A model generated the notes under the pieces. That model was not told where the DNA came from. It saw only the letters and a program-made list of their open reading frames with translations, and searched no databases. This document shows, piece after piece, positions 45,782 through 56,052 of a stretch of DNA of 64,000 nucleotides. The translations under genes and the position numbers were made by a program. The stretch's first letter is position 1; each line of letters opens with the position of its first letter. The stretch comes from an uncultured archaeon (GTDB lineage Archaea > Thermoproteota > Bathyarchaeia > Bathyarchaeales > Bathycorpusculaceae): the NCBI GenBank assembly GCA_963782915.1, contig CAWALK010000025.1, forward strand, positions 1 through 64,000. Direction: 5' to 3'.

Positions 45782-46244
45782 AGCCCCAACCTAAAAGTTT
45801 AGAACATTCTCGAACATGGTAGGGGTTTTAGTCTAGCTCCACAATAAAACGCTGATTTAATCGGCATCCTAATCGAGGGTTAATAAATTAGTTCTCAAGT
45901 AATTATGCCTCTTGCTCATGCTTTGCCCAGAACCTTGGAAACAAAAGGGCGATAAGACTTTGGGTCCATGCCCAAGCCTTTGCAAATATCTGCCTGACCT
46001 AAGCCCTACTGGTATAGCGCTATGATCTTTGGTGTATTTGGGCTCAGAGGATTTACCAAATGGCATTCTGCTATCTTGAGTCGTCTTCTGTTGCGTCGAT
46101 AAAGCGGTATAGGCTATTACGTTTGTTATTTCCCTTTTGATTGGCGCTTGTTTTGGTGTTGGGTTATTTTTGGGTTGTTGGTTGGGGAGTGCTGCGCCAA
46201 ACTTTTAACTCTAGGGGGCTTATGTTTTCTCTGGTTGACTTTGT

Positions 46245-46572
46245 ATGGTTGACAGTGAAGGTTACACATCGGTCATTGATGAGAGTGTGCTTGAAGAGGG
46301 CAAGATGAAGCTTGTTCGTGTTGAGGGCAAACCGGTGCTTTTCATTAAGCAAAACGGCAAAATTTTTGTTATTGATGATCGTTGTCCGCATATGGGTTGC
46401 AAGTTTTCCGGCGGCAGTCTTGGAGGGTGGTGTGGTTGTTTGTCCTTGTCATGAGTGGAAATTTAATTTGGAAACGGGCGAATACGATGAGGATCGCTCG
46501 TATGTTTTGGTGAAGTACCCGTTTAAGGTTGAGATGGGGAAAATCTGGGTTAAACTGGAAGAAGATTTCTAA
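46245..46572 (+). CDS. Rieske [2Fe-2S] ferredoxin (frameshifted)
   Basis: DRCPHMG and VCPCHEWKF. Confidence 0.88.
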
Positions 46573-46628
46573 AAAATATGGTTGGATTTAGGCTGCAGTT
46601 TTTGCTGCAATCACTAACCCTATTTAGT

Positions 46629-47811
46629 TTATTGGTTGTAGACGCGGATTTCCGTGACGTATCTTGCGAACATGTTGGCGATTGTTGCGTATCCGTCAGA
46701 TCCGACGAATGAAACCGTCAGATACGAGCCGTCACTGTAGCCGGGGAGGTTTGAGCTTGTGCTGTTTAAGTGATAAGCTAAAATCATAGTTACAGGTGCA
46801 TTCGGAGTTGCGGGGGCAACGGTTGCTGGGTTATACATCGTTAAGCCTGTGCCCGTGACTTCGGCGTAAGTGTAGTTTTTTACGTAGCCGTCTGCTGCAC
46901 TTAACAGATAATACTTGTCCGATGGATATGCCGCCTACTTGATTGAGCAGTGTAGTCATTGATACTCCGGCGTAGGTGCCGTAGTCGAAGATGCCGTTTG
47001 CGCTTTTGTATTTGCCTCCGAACCCTGAGGTTTGGGGGTATGCGGCAAGGTTTGCTGCGTTGAGTGTGAGGGTGGTGTTGTCGGCTCCGATGAGTGTTAC
47101 GTGGGTATCGGGAATCGCAAGCGGTATCACTTCCTCAATTGGTGGCGGTGTGGGCGAAGCGGTTGGTTGAGCTGTCGGTTGAACCGTCGGCACCGCCGTA
47201 GGCGCCGGAGTAGCCACGGGGTTCACCGTGAGTTTAACAACCATTTTTTCCCAAACATTCCCCGCAGTCGCCAAACCTTCAGTGCCCAAAACACCCAACA
47301 TCAACGGCCCATCACCACTAGCCAGCGCTGCCCCTTCAAATTGGTAAATTACTGTCAGTTTTAACGGTTGAGTTGCGGCTGCAACATTTCCGCTACTGTC
47401 ATAGGTTGTAAAATCTTGGCCGAGGGCAACTTGCTTGTAATTGTAAGTTGTTGTGTAGCCGTCGTGGGCTGTTGCGGTTAAGGTTTGGCCGTCTTGCATT
47501 CCCCCGACTAACGCAGTGAGGTCTGAGGCTGCTATGCCTGTGTATGTTCCGGCAGCTTTTATTTGGCCGCCTGACCTTGATGCGCCTTGACCGGTGTATG
47601 ATTCGAGTGCTGCTATCTCTGTTGCGGTCAGGGTTTTGGTTGTTCCGTCGCCGCCCACGACCGTTAAAGTCATGGTCGGGAGGGTGTTGTTTTGTGCGGG
47701 TTTGGCGAGCATGTATTCCGCCGCGACGGCTGAAATTGAGATTACGATTATGGTGATTAGGATTGCTGTGAGTATTTTTGTGTTAAATTTCCCTTTTTTT
47801 GGGGTTGTCAT
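46629..47811 (-). CDS. membrane-anchored protein with two molybdopterin-oxidoreductase-like domains and a Pro/Thr linker (frameshifted)
   Basis: Repeated YTG(I/V)..L...A.DGY...Y motif; N-terminal TM; GAGG before MTTPKK. Confidence 0.65.
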
Positions 47812-47844
47812 GGTTTTGCCTCGTTTGTTTAGAAAAACATTGAG

Positions 47845-47868
47845 CGACATTACTATTTAATCATATCG
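47845..47868. promoter_or_regulatory. ModE-type operator, site 1
   Basis: CGACATTACTATTTAATCATATCG; overlaps the TATA-like box of the minus-strand gene. Confidence 0.65.
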
Positions 47869-47931
47869 GAAAACGCTGAAACAACAACACATCAAACAAA
47901 AACAAACCCACAAACAAAACAAGCAAACAAC

Positions 47932-48966
47932 TCAAACAAAGCCGCACTTAACACGTTTCCTAACAAAAAACACGCAAACCCCAACAACAGCCAAAACCAA
48001 AACAACCCCCACAACGGCCAAACCTGCAAGAAAACTTTCGCTATCAATAGAGTCATTTCGAAAAGCCGTGTCTAGAGTAAAACTGTTGTTTGAATCTGCG
48101 GCGTATTGATTCGTGTATAGGCTGAAGGTTTGCACATCAACGGTGCCCTTTGCTGTGTCAAAAGTTAGGATTCGCGCAGACGCAGCACCCAACTTGCCAT
48201 AAGCATCCTGCTGATTGAAGAGCAACTCATCCCTGCCGCCAACCCTCGTTCGGTTACCCTGAGTGGGATAGTAATGCCCGCTTAGCGTCAAAAACACGTT
48301 AGCGTGAGTATCGAGCACTGTATTTTTGAAATTGGTGGCCCAGTCATCGTATCGGCATTGCTTGTCAATGTAAGCGTGGGTGGCTACGATGGCATGCGCC
48401 TGAGGGTAAGCATCCAGTACGCTGTTTGCCCAAGCCAAGACGGTATCGTTTGCGTTATATGCTATATTCACTATCAAGCATTCCCAACCAGACACGTTGA
48501 AGAATACGGCGTTATTCATGCCATCAAACTCTGTACTTACCCAATACGACTTTGAGGCCAGTGCCTGGGGGTTGAAGGCTGCGTATTGGTTGCCCATCCA
48601 AAAAGTCCTGTTAAAATCGTGATTGCCCGCAGCCCAACAATAAGGAATACCCGCATCAAGCAGAATGCCCATGGATTGATTCGCGTTAAGCCACTGTGTA
48701 CGGTTTCCTTCACTATTGACAAGGTCTCCGGTGTGGATAACCATTTGGACGTTGTATACGTCGCTGTTTTGCACTATCCAGCGGCTCAGGTTAGTGTTGT
48801 ATGCTGGGTTGCTTTCCGCGAGGTACTGTGTGTCGGTTATCCAAATTATCGAAAAACCTTTGTTTCCGGCTGTGGCTGGGCTGGGTTGAGCATATGCTGT
48901 CATCAAAGGGGCAAGGGCAAATGATAGTAACGCTAATGTACAGATGCGGAGGGCTGCTTGTTTCAC
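47932..48966 (-). CDS. secreted calcineurin-like metallophosphoesterase with C-terminal TM
   Basis: DTQ, GDLV, GNHD, THAY, SGH motifs; signal peptide. Confidence 0.9.
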   Translation of the reverse strand: MKQAALRICTLALLSFALAPLMTAYAQPSPATAGNKGFSIIWITDTQYLAESNPAYNTNLSRWIVQNSDVYNVQMVIHTGDLVNSEGNRTQWLNANQSMGILLDAGIPYCWAAGNHDFNRTFWMGNQYAAFNPQALASKSYWVSTEFDGMNNAVFFNVSGWECLIVNIAYNANDTVLAWANSVLDAYPQAHAIVATHAYIDKQCRYDDWATNFKNTVLDTHANVFLTLSGHYYPTQGNRTRVGGRDELLFNQQDAYGKLGAASARILTFDTAKGTVDVQTFSLYTNQYAADSNNSFTLDTAFRNDSIDSESFLAGLAVVGVVLVLAVVGVCVFFVRKRVKCGFV

Positions 48967-49002
48967 TTTTTTCTCTCGCAGTTTTGGTTTAAAGAAAATT
49001 GG

Positions 49003-49026
49003 CGATATGACTATAAAATACTATCG
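49003..49026. promoter_or_regulatory. ModE-type operator, site 2
   Basis: CGATATGACTATAAAATACTATCG. Confidence 0.65.
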
Positions 49027-49069
49027 ATGATTTTAAAAATATTGTTAAATTAAAAGAGGGCTGGATATG

Positions 49070-50003
49070 CTACTCTTTTGGGCACGTAACCGTCTGGCAC
49101 CTAAACCTATAGCCCCTGCAGAATTCCCAGAAAGCCTCCGACGGCTTAAGCAACGCATTCTTCGGCCTAGCCATGTAAAGTTTACGTGCACTCTTACCCT
49201 CAGCGATAGGAATCACCTTAACTAATCCGGCAGCTTGAGCCTTCGCAGCCGCAATCGACGAAATAATGCTAATTCCCCTGCCCTCCGAAACAGCAGTAAC
49301 CACCGATTCTGTACTGCCCAACTCAAAAGCTATTTTAATCTGCATAAAATCAATCTTGTTGGCTTCCAGCAACTTTTCAGTTTCCAACCTTGTACCCGAG
49401 GTTTCCTCTCTGACAATGGCAGGGTACTTTAGGGCTTCAGAGAGTTTAATTGCCTTATGCTTGGCTAACTCATGGTTGCATGGCTGTAATGAAAACTAAC
49501 TGTTCTTCCCCGATTGGGAGGTAATCGAATTTTTCTTCGAAACCCTGCATTGTTCCGACAGCAGCGAATTCTGCATCGTTTGCCTGTAAGCTTGCCAAAC
49601 TGCTTTGGCTGTCTTGGGCTTTTATTTTGAATTTTACGTCGGGATATTTCTTCTGGAATTCCGCGATTAAGCCGGGGATGATGTGTTCTTCGGGTATTGT
49701 GCTGGCGGAGATGCGTATGGTTCCCGATAGGGTGTGTTTGGCGCTGGAGATTTTTGCTTTGGCATCCTGTGCCTGCTGAAGGATGCGTTCGGCTGCTTGC
49801 TTTAGGGTTGCGCCGGCTTCGGTGACTTCCACGCCGTTGGGGGTGCGTTTGAAGAGTTCAGCGTCAAAGAAGCCCTCTAGGGCAGCGATGTGGTGGCTGA
49901 CGGTGCCTTGGCTGGTTTTGAGTTCTTTGGCTGCGACTGAAAAACTGCGAGTTCTATCCACCGTAAGGAATGTGTTCAGATAATCGAACCGTATAGTTTC
50001 CAT
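49070..50003 (-). CDS. LysR family regulator (frameshifted), divergent from the selD operon
   Basis: SFSVAAKEL..SQGTVSHHIAALE, ASTIP, GSTESVVTAVSEGRGISIIS. Confidence 0.9.
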
Positions 50004-50141
50004 GCGCTTTGTTTCCTCTGAAATATCTTTCAGTATACATTTATCACTAATTATATTAATATTCCATTTCTGAATACGCATAACACCTTTATATTTGTTT
50101 TTCTAATAGCCTCTATCAACAAATCTCAAGGATGAAGCAAC

Positions 50142-50493
50142 ATGGCAACTTTCACAATAATCATCTATGAAGCCCCATACGCAAAAGAACGCGCCCTCTC
50201 AGCACTGCGCTTTGCATGGACCGCAGATTTAGAAGGAAACAAAGTGCGCATATGGCTGTTTGAAAACGGCGTATACCTCGCCAAGAAAGGCCAAAAACCA
50301 GCACAGGGCTTAACCAACTATGGCCAAATGCTCGAAGACATGATAAAAGGCGGCGTAGAAGTCAAAGGCTGCATAGTCTGCGCTGACGCACGCGGCATTG
50401 TCGCAGGCTGAACTTATCGACGGCGTCAAACTTGCCACTGTCCATGACCTTGTCGAGTGGACCTCAACCAGCGATAAAGTCCTTACTTTTTAG
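50142..50493 (+). CDS. DsrE family sulfur-relay protein (frameshifted)
   Basis: APY..E...ALRFA, LFENGVY, CIVCADARG; C-terminus SDKVLTF in shifted frame. Confidence 0.88.
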
Positions 50494-50501
50494 GGATCAA
50501 T

Positions 50502-50727
50502 GTGAGCATCGAGAAATTGGATGTTAAGGGCAAAATGTGCCCGCTCCCCGTTGCTTTTACAAAGCGCAAGCTCGAAGCCATGGCGTCTGGGCAGCTTTTG
50601 GAGGTTGTGGGTGAGGGTGAATTGGAGTTTGATAACATTCAGCGTTGGGTGAGGAATAATGGGCATGAAGTGGTTGACGCCTCCAAGTCTGGATGGCGAG
50701 TTTAGGGTGCTAATCAAGAAAACGTAG
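50502..50727 (+). CDS. TusA/SirA family sulfur carrier (frameshifted)
   Basis: LDVKGKMCPLP motif. Confidence 0.9.
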
Positions 50728-50851
50728 GTGCCATTAATTTTTTTAATTTGCTTCTAAAGATTGGGTCAGCTATTAGTTTTTTTAATAGCAAAAATGAAAG
50801 TTTTTAATACGTCGGCTGCATTCCTATTTGCCCAACGGACATGGGACGAGT

Positions 50852-52145
50852 ATGTCAGAGAAATACATTGAAATGTGGAAAAACATCGGAATGGACATAG
50901 AAAAACACAACATCCTCCTAAACGCACTAGGCGGATTCTACACAGACATCTACCTATCACAAAAAAACCGCCCCAAAAAAATGGATTACTTCGACTACGT
51001 CATCTCAGAAATCCATGGCGGACGAATAAAAGAATTAAACGACCAACGCGCCAAAGGCAAAAAAGTCATCGGAGCCTTCTGCATCTACGCCCCCGAAGAA
51101 CTCGCATACGCAGCAGACGCCTTAATGGTTGGTTTATGCGGCGGCGCAGACTTCTCGGTACCAGACGCAGAAGCAGTATTGCCCCGCAACCTCTGCCCAC
51201 TAATCAAATCATTCTACGGCTTCAAACTTAACCGAACCTGCCCATACTTCCAAACAAGCGACCTCGTCGTGGGCGAAACCACCTGCGACGGCAAAAAGAA
51301 AGTCTACGAACTCCTAGCTGAACTTATCCCAACATATGTGCTTGAGATTCCCCATAAACCAGATACAGCCCAGGGCAAAGAGTTCTGGCTAAAAGAACTC
51401 GAAGCTTTCAAAACTAAACTTGAAGAAGTAACAGGCAACAAAATAACCGCTGAAAGCCTCAAAAAATCCATCGAATTAATCAATAACAAACGCAATGCCC
51501 TCAAACGCCTCTCCGATTTGCGTGCCAATTCGCCTTCGCCAATCAGCGGCTTAGACGCATTATTGATTAATCAAATCAGCTTCAACGATGACCCCGTACG
51601 CTTCACCGCTAAAGTAAACGAACTCTGCGACGAACTCGACCAGCGAGTACGCGATGGCGTCGGAGTTGCAGCCAAAGATGCGCCAAGGCTACTGGTTTCG
51701 GGTTGCCCAATGGCTATTCCCAACTGGAAACTCCACAGCATAGCCCAAGCAACAGGCGCAACCATCATTGCCGAGGAAAGCTGCGTTGGCACACGCTACT
51801 TCACCGACCTAGTCGAACCCAAAGGCGACAGCATCAACGAATTGCTCTGGGCAATCGTTGAGAAATACAGCAAGATACCCTGCGCATGCTTCACACCCAA
51901 CGATGCACGCATAAAAAACATCCAATCACTCGCAACACAATTCAAAGCTGACGGAGTCATCTACTATACACTGCAGAACTGCCATGACTATAACGTTGAA
52001 GGCGTCAAAGTTGACCGCGCAATGAAGCAGCAGGGTTTGCCGATGCTGAAAATCGAAACAGACTACGCCATGGGTGATGCCGCTCAGATTCAAACACAGA
52101 CTCGAAGCGTTCTTGGAAATCATAGCTGGCAAAAAACAAGCCTAA
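50852..52145 (+). CDS. double-cubane cluster protein / 2-hydroxyacyl-CoA dehydratase family
   Basis: GAFC, GLCGG, PRNLCPLIKS, ETTCDGKKK, SGCP, EESC, PCACF; RLEAFLE in shifted frame. Confidence 0.88.
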
Positions 52146-52221
52146 ACCCTTCTTTTTCCCTCTTTTTAATTTCAACATTTTTATTCAGTTAATGACTAAA
52201 TCAATGTAGGCGAAAAACAAA

Positions 52222-53241
52222 ATGAGTTACCGCTTAACCAAAGCCGTTCCCGTTCATGGATGCAGTTGTAAGCTGCCTCAGTATCAACTGGGCGATTTAC
52301 TTGATCAGGCAGGTATGACTGGCGGGTTTGGTGAGGAAGTGCTGGCTGGACCCTGGGAAAACAGCAGCGTCGTCAAAATCGCCGATAACATCGCAATATT
52401 AAACACGCTCGATTTTTTCACGCCCATGGTTGATGAACCAGAAATCCAAGGGCGCATCGCAGGCAGCAACGTCACAAGCGACATCTACGCCTTAGCCGTA
52501 ACCAAAATCGCCAGCGTCTTAACAATTATGGCGTTTCCCGAGAATATGCCAACGGAGCTTGCGGTGGGTATGCTTAAGGGGTTTGGGGATTTCTGCCGTG
52601 AAATGGATGCGCCAGTCGTTGGTGGGCATACTATCCGTAATCCTTGGCCGATTATTGGCGGTGCTGCAACGGGTATTGGTGATCCTGAAAAGATTGTTTA
52701 TACTAAGGGGGCAAAACCTGGCGACCGATTATTTTTGACTAAACCTTTGGGTATTGCGCCTGCGATGGCAGCTTATCGTTTGCGCAAGGAGGACGAAGGC
52801 AAAGAACTCCTTGAAGGTGTGCCTGAAGACTTGATTGATGAAGCCGTTAATCAGGCAATTACTGGGATGATTACTTCAAACAAGCCTGTTGCAGAAGCTA
52901 TGCAGCAGGTGCCTGTCCATGCAGCCACAGACGTAACAGGCTTCGGACTCAAAGGGCACGCAGCAAACATGGCGATGCTGGGCAAAGTCGACATAGTCAT
53001 CGACAAATTATGGGTTATCCGCGGAACACCGCAACTCACAGACATCTTCGGTTATCCATTACTAACAGGGGAATCGAAGGAAACCGCAGGCGGCATGCTC
53101 ATCGCAGTAGCCAAAGAAGACGCTGATGACCTCCAAAGCGAATTAGACAAACGAAAAGTGAAACATTGCGAAGTCGGCTACGTCAAAGAGGGCAACGGCA
53201 ACGTTAACGTGCTAAAAGACGCAAAAGTAGTAGAAGCTTAA
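52222..53241 (+). CDS. selD: selenophosphate synthetase (Cys form)
   Basis: HGCSCKL, DFFTP, SDIYA, GGHT, TKPLG, TDVTGFGL. Confidence 0.93.
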   Translation: MSYRLTKAVPVHGCSCKLPQYQLGDLLDQAGMTGGFGEEVLAGPWENSSVVKIADNIAILNTLDFFTPMVDEPEIQGRIAGSNVTSDIYALAVTKIASVLTIMAFPENMPTELAVGMLKGFGDFCREMDAPVVGGHTIRNPWPIIGGAATGIGDPEKIVYTKGAKPGDRLFLTKPLGIAPAMAAYRLRKEDEGKELLEGVPEDLIDEAVNQAITGMITSNKPVAEAMQQVPVHAATDVTGFGLKGHAANMAMLGKVDIVIDKLWVIRGTPQLTDIFGYPLLTGESKETAGGMLIAVAKEDADDLQSELDKRKVKHCEVGYVKEGNGNVNVLKDAKVVEA

Positions 53242-53415
53242 CATCGCTTGCTCTCTGGGGCCTATCCCTCTATTTGTAGGATCAACACTTGTTGTGTTCC
53301 CTGTTTTGGTTGTCAGCATTCATTGTTTAGCGGGTGTGGGGAAACTGCGTTTGTTAGGGGAACTTGTTGGGTTTCTATGCGGCTGTTTTTGGGCTCTGTA
53401 GGTTTTGGGTATTTG

Positions 53416-53460
53416 GGTTCTGTTGCTTTGCCAAGGACCCCCCTCCCCCTATATATAGAA
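53416..53460 (+). repeat. dispersed intergenic repeat, copy 5
   Basis: ggttctgttgctttgccaaggacccccctccccctatatatagaa. Confidence 0.6.
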
Positions 53461-53515
53461 AAAAACGTTAATTCTCATACGAGTATTGCCTCTACCAGCA
53501 AAACACACAAGCTGC

Positions 53516-54016
53516 TTAGCTTACTTCTATTGCAGCCACGCCACGAACCATTCTCTGCGAATACTCATCGTCGCCGATAACAAGCCTGTATGGTCCTTCC
53601 CCGCCCTCACTGAGAGGTGACATTGTTGCTCCTTCCTTTTTGTAAGCGATGAAAACGTTGTCTTTTTGGGCTTCCTGCATGGTAAGGGTTGTTCCGTAGC
53701 CGTCTGAAGCTTGAATGTAGATTGAGGTGGCGTTGCTTGATATTTGGGCTGCTGTGAGGAGCTCTTTTAGGGTGACGCCTGTGTAGCTGTAGACGCCGTT
53801 GTCGCCCTGATGCCCATTTACGGTTACTTGCAAAGTGACGGCTGGGTATGCTTCTAATTGGGTGTAGGTTAGGTTTGCTGGATTGCCGACTTTGCCTCTG
53901 ATTTGCAGGGTCCCCGTGGGCTGTGAGGTGTCTGGTCGAGTGTAGTAATAGAGCGGAATAACCGCGATAATTAAAACGATGAAGGCTGCGAGGGCTATTT
54001 TGGTTGATTTCTTCAT
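53516..54016 (-). CDS. membrane-anchored molybdopterin-oxidoreductase-like domain protein
   Basis: YTGVTLKELL, ASDGY, GPYRLVI; N-terminal TM; contains no Cys. Confidence 0.75.
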   Translation of the reverse strand: MKKSTKIALAAFIVLIIAVIPLYYYTRPDTSQPTGTLQIRGKVGNPANLTYTQLEAYPAVTLQVTVNGHQGDNGVYSYTGVTLKELLTAAQISSNATSIYIQASDGYGTTLTMQEAQKDNVFIAYKKEGATMSPLSEGGEGPYRLVIGDDEYSQRMVRGVAAIEVS

Positions 54017-54594
54017 GGTATTCCCTTTAATTTTCCGTTTAAACCGATTTTTCCAATCCTAACAAGAAGCATATTTGCGATGAAGCCTCCGATGCAGCCG
54101 CTAATAGCCGCGACTACCGCCAAAAATGCTAGTACCTCCAAGGGCAAAAACAGCACCAAACCCCCCACAAGCACAGTTCCAACAACATTGGCGACTGCGC
54201 AAGCACCCATGCAACATCCCAAACAACACGCCTTATGGCGCAAGAGCAAGAAGAAACCGTCGATTGCTAAGCCAGGCCCAAGATAGATAACAAAGGAGAG
54301 TAACCCAAAGTTGCCGTATGGAAGAATCAGGCTGATGAACGCTTGCGTTAACGAAACCATGGTTGCTGCGCCAGGCTTGCCTACAAAACCAAACGCCATC
54401 ACAGGCCACATCATGTATAAACCGCCCATAACCGCGCCCGTGGGAACATAAATCGCCCCCATTAATGGACCGATTAGCGGATGCAGGATGTTTTTGGTTG
54501 CTAAACCTAAACTTGCAAACAGCGCCATCAACACTAAGTCGACTGTTGCGATTCTTAAGTTGCTGTTGCGCAGGGTGTAGTTTGGCAGAGTCAT
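54013..54594 (-). CDS. ECF transporter S component
   Basis: TVDLVLMALFASLGL, GKPGAA, PGLAID; about 6 TM; overlaps next gene by 4 bp. Confidence 0.8.
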   Translation of the reverse strand: MTLPNYTLRNSNLRIATVDLVLMALFASLGLATKNILHPLIGPLMGAIYVPTGAVMGGLYMMWPVMAFGFVGKPGAATMVSLTQAFISLILPYGNFGLLSFVIYLGPGLAIDGFFLLLRHKACCLGCCMGACAVANVVGTVLVGGLVLFLPLEVLAFLAVVAAISGCIGGFIANMLLVRIGKIGLNGKLKGIP

Positions 54595-54602
54595 GCCGAA
54601 TC

Positions 54603-54626
54603 CGATATGCTAAATTGGTAACATCG
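54603..54626. promoter_or_regulatory. ModE-type operator, site 3
   Basis: CGATATGCTAAATTGGTAACATCG (extends to TCCGAT...ATCGGA). Confidence 0.7.
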
Positions 54627-54660
54627 GAAAATTAAACCTTACCCCAAAAACCAATGCAGT

Positions 54661-54990
54661 CTATGGGTTTTCTTTCACAGTTTGGGCTAATGTTACCTGC
54701 ATTTTTCTGTACTGAAGAACCAAATCTTTCCCAAAAGCCGTAACTTCAGAAGAACCACCGCCTTTAGCGCCGCCCCTGCTTCGTGTAACCAACGCTTGGC
54801 CGAGTCTTTCTTCCGCCAAAGTTATCCTGTGGAGTGCATAGCGGTAGGACATCTCTAAGTGTTTGGCTGCTTCCAAAACCGAGTGGTGCTCATTTATTTC
54901 TTCAAGCAGTTTAGCTATGCCGTCGCCGAAGATTGCTTCGTCTTTGTCGTTTACCATCCAGAGCTTAAATCTGAAACTTAATGGACACAT
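54661..54990 (-). CDS. modE: ModE family regulator, DNA-binding domain only
   Basis: FGDGIAKLLEEI...SVLEAAKHLEMSYR...RGGAKGGGSSEVT; no TOBE domains. Confidence 0.88.
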   Translation of the reverse strand: MCPLSFRFKLWMVNDKDEAIFGDGIAKLLEEINEHHSVLEAAKHLEMSYRYALHRITLAEERLGQALVTRSRGGAKGGGSSEVTAFGKDLVLQYRKMQVTLAQTVKENP

Positions 54991-55166
54991 GTCGCTTGCC
55001 CTGCTTTATTTTGGTGTTTGTGGACTTAAGCTTATGCTTCCAAAGCCCAATTTTGTGTTAGGAGCGCATTTTTGGGGGGTTGTTGTAGTCAGTTGTAGCT
55101 AGCAAGGCTTTTATAGCATATATATTGTATATACGATTAATATTATCAGGTTAGCTGTTAGCCGAG

Positions 55167-56052
55167 ATGAACATAAAAGTGCCAGAAACCAGCATGCAAA
55201 ATAACCAAGTTGTAGAAAAAAAAGTACTCAATTCTGTAACCAAAAAAATAACCATTTATGCTCCGGATATTGCAGCAAAAGCCCACCCCGGCCAATTCGT
55301 AATCTTCAAAATCCGCTCAGACAGCGAACGAATACCACTAACCTTATCCTCATGGGATAAAGAAAAAGGCACAATCTCACATATTTTCCAAGAAGTAGGA
55401 TACTCAACCATCGAAATGGGTTCCCTCCATGTCGACGACAAAATCATGCACGTCGCCGGCCCACTGGGCAACCCCAGCGAAATCAAAAATTTCGGCACCG
55501 CAGCAGTCATCTGCGGAGGCCTAGGCACAGCAGTAGCTTACCCCGTAGCTAAAGCACTCAAAGAAGCCGGAAACAAAGTTGTCTCCATAATGGGCGCAAG
55601 AAGCGCAGAACTCTTCATATTAGAAGATGAAATGAAAGCCGTATCAGACGAAGTCTTTCTTCACCTCCGACGACGGCACAAAAGGACAAAAAGGCTTCGT
55701 CAGCGACGTCTTAAAATCACTTCTCGCAAAAAACACCAAAATCGACATAGTCTTTGCCATAGGGCCCCCGATTATGATGAGTGTAATCGCCGACATCACC
55801 CGACCCTACGGAATCAAAACCATCGCCAACCTCAACCCCATCATGGTAGACGGCATGGGCATGTGCGGTGCCTGCCGAGTCTCAATAGATGGCAAAACAC
55901 AATTTGCCTGCGTAGACGGCCCCGAATTTGACGCTCACAAAGTCAACTTCAAAGAGTTAATGCAGCGGCTCAAAAGCTACTGCACCGAAGAAAAAAACCT
56001 ATCCCTATCTATCCAGAAACCAGGAGAAAGTTGTCAATGTCACGGACACTAA
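55167..56052 (+). CDS. nfnA: NfnA/SudB small subunit (frameshifted)
   Basis: PGQFV, ERIPLT, GPLG, MVDGMGMCGACRV, CVDGPEF. Confidence 0.92.

Noticed and set aside
50400-50420. TGA ending the DsrE ORF near selD as a selenocysteine codon
   Set aside because: The natural DsrE C-terminus (SQAELIDGVKL...SDKVLTF) is in a different frame, so this is an indel; the CxxC is already Cys-encoded.
55111-55140. Fourth ModE box upstream of nfnA (tatatattgtatatacgat)
   Set aside because: Only the right half-site matches; there is no CG at the 24-bp spacing.
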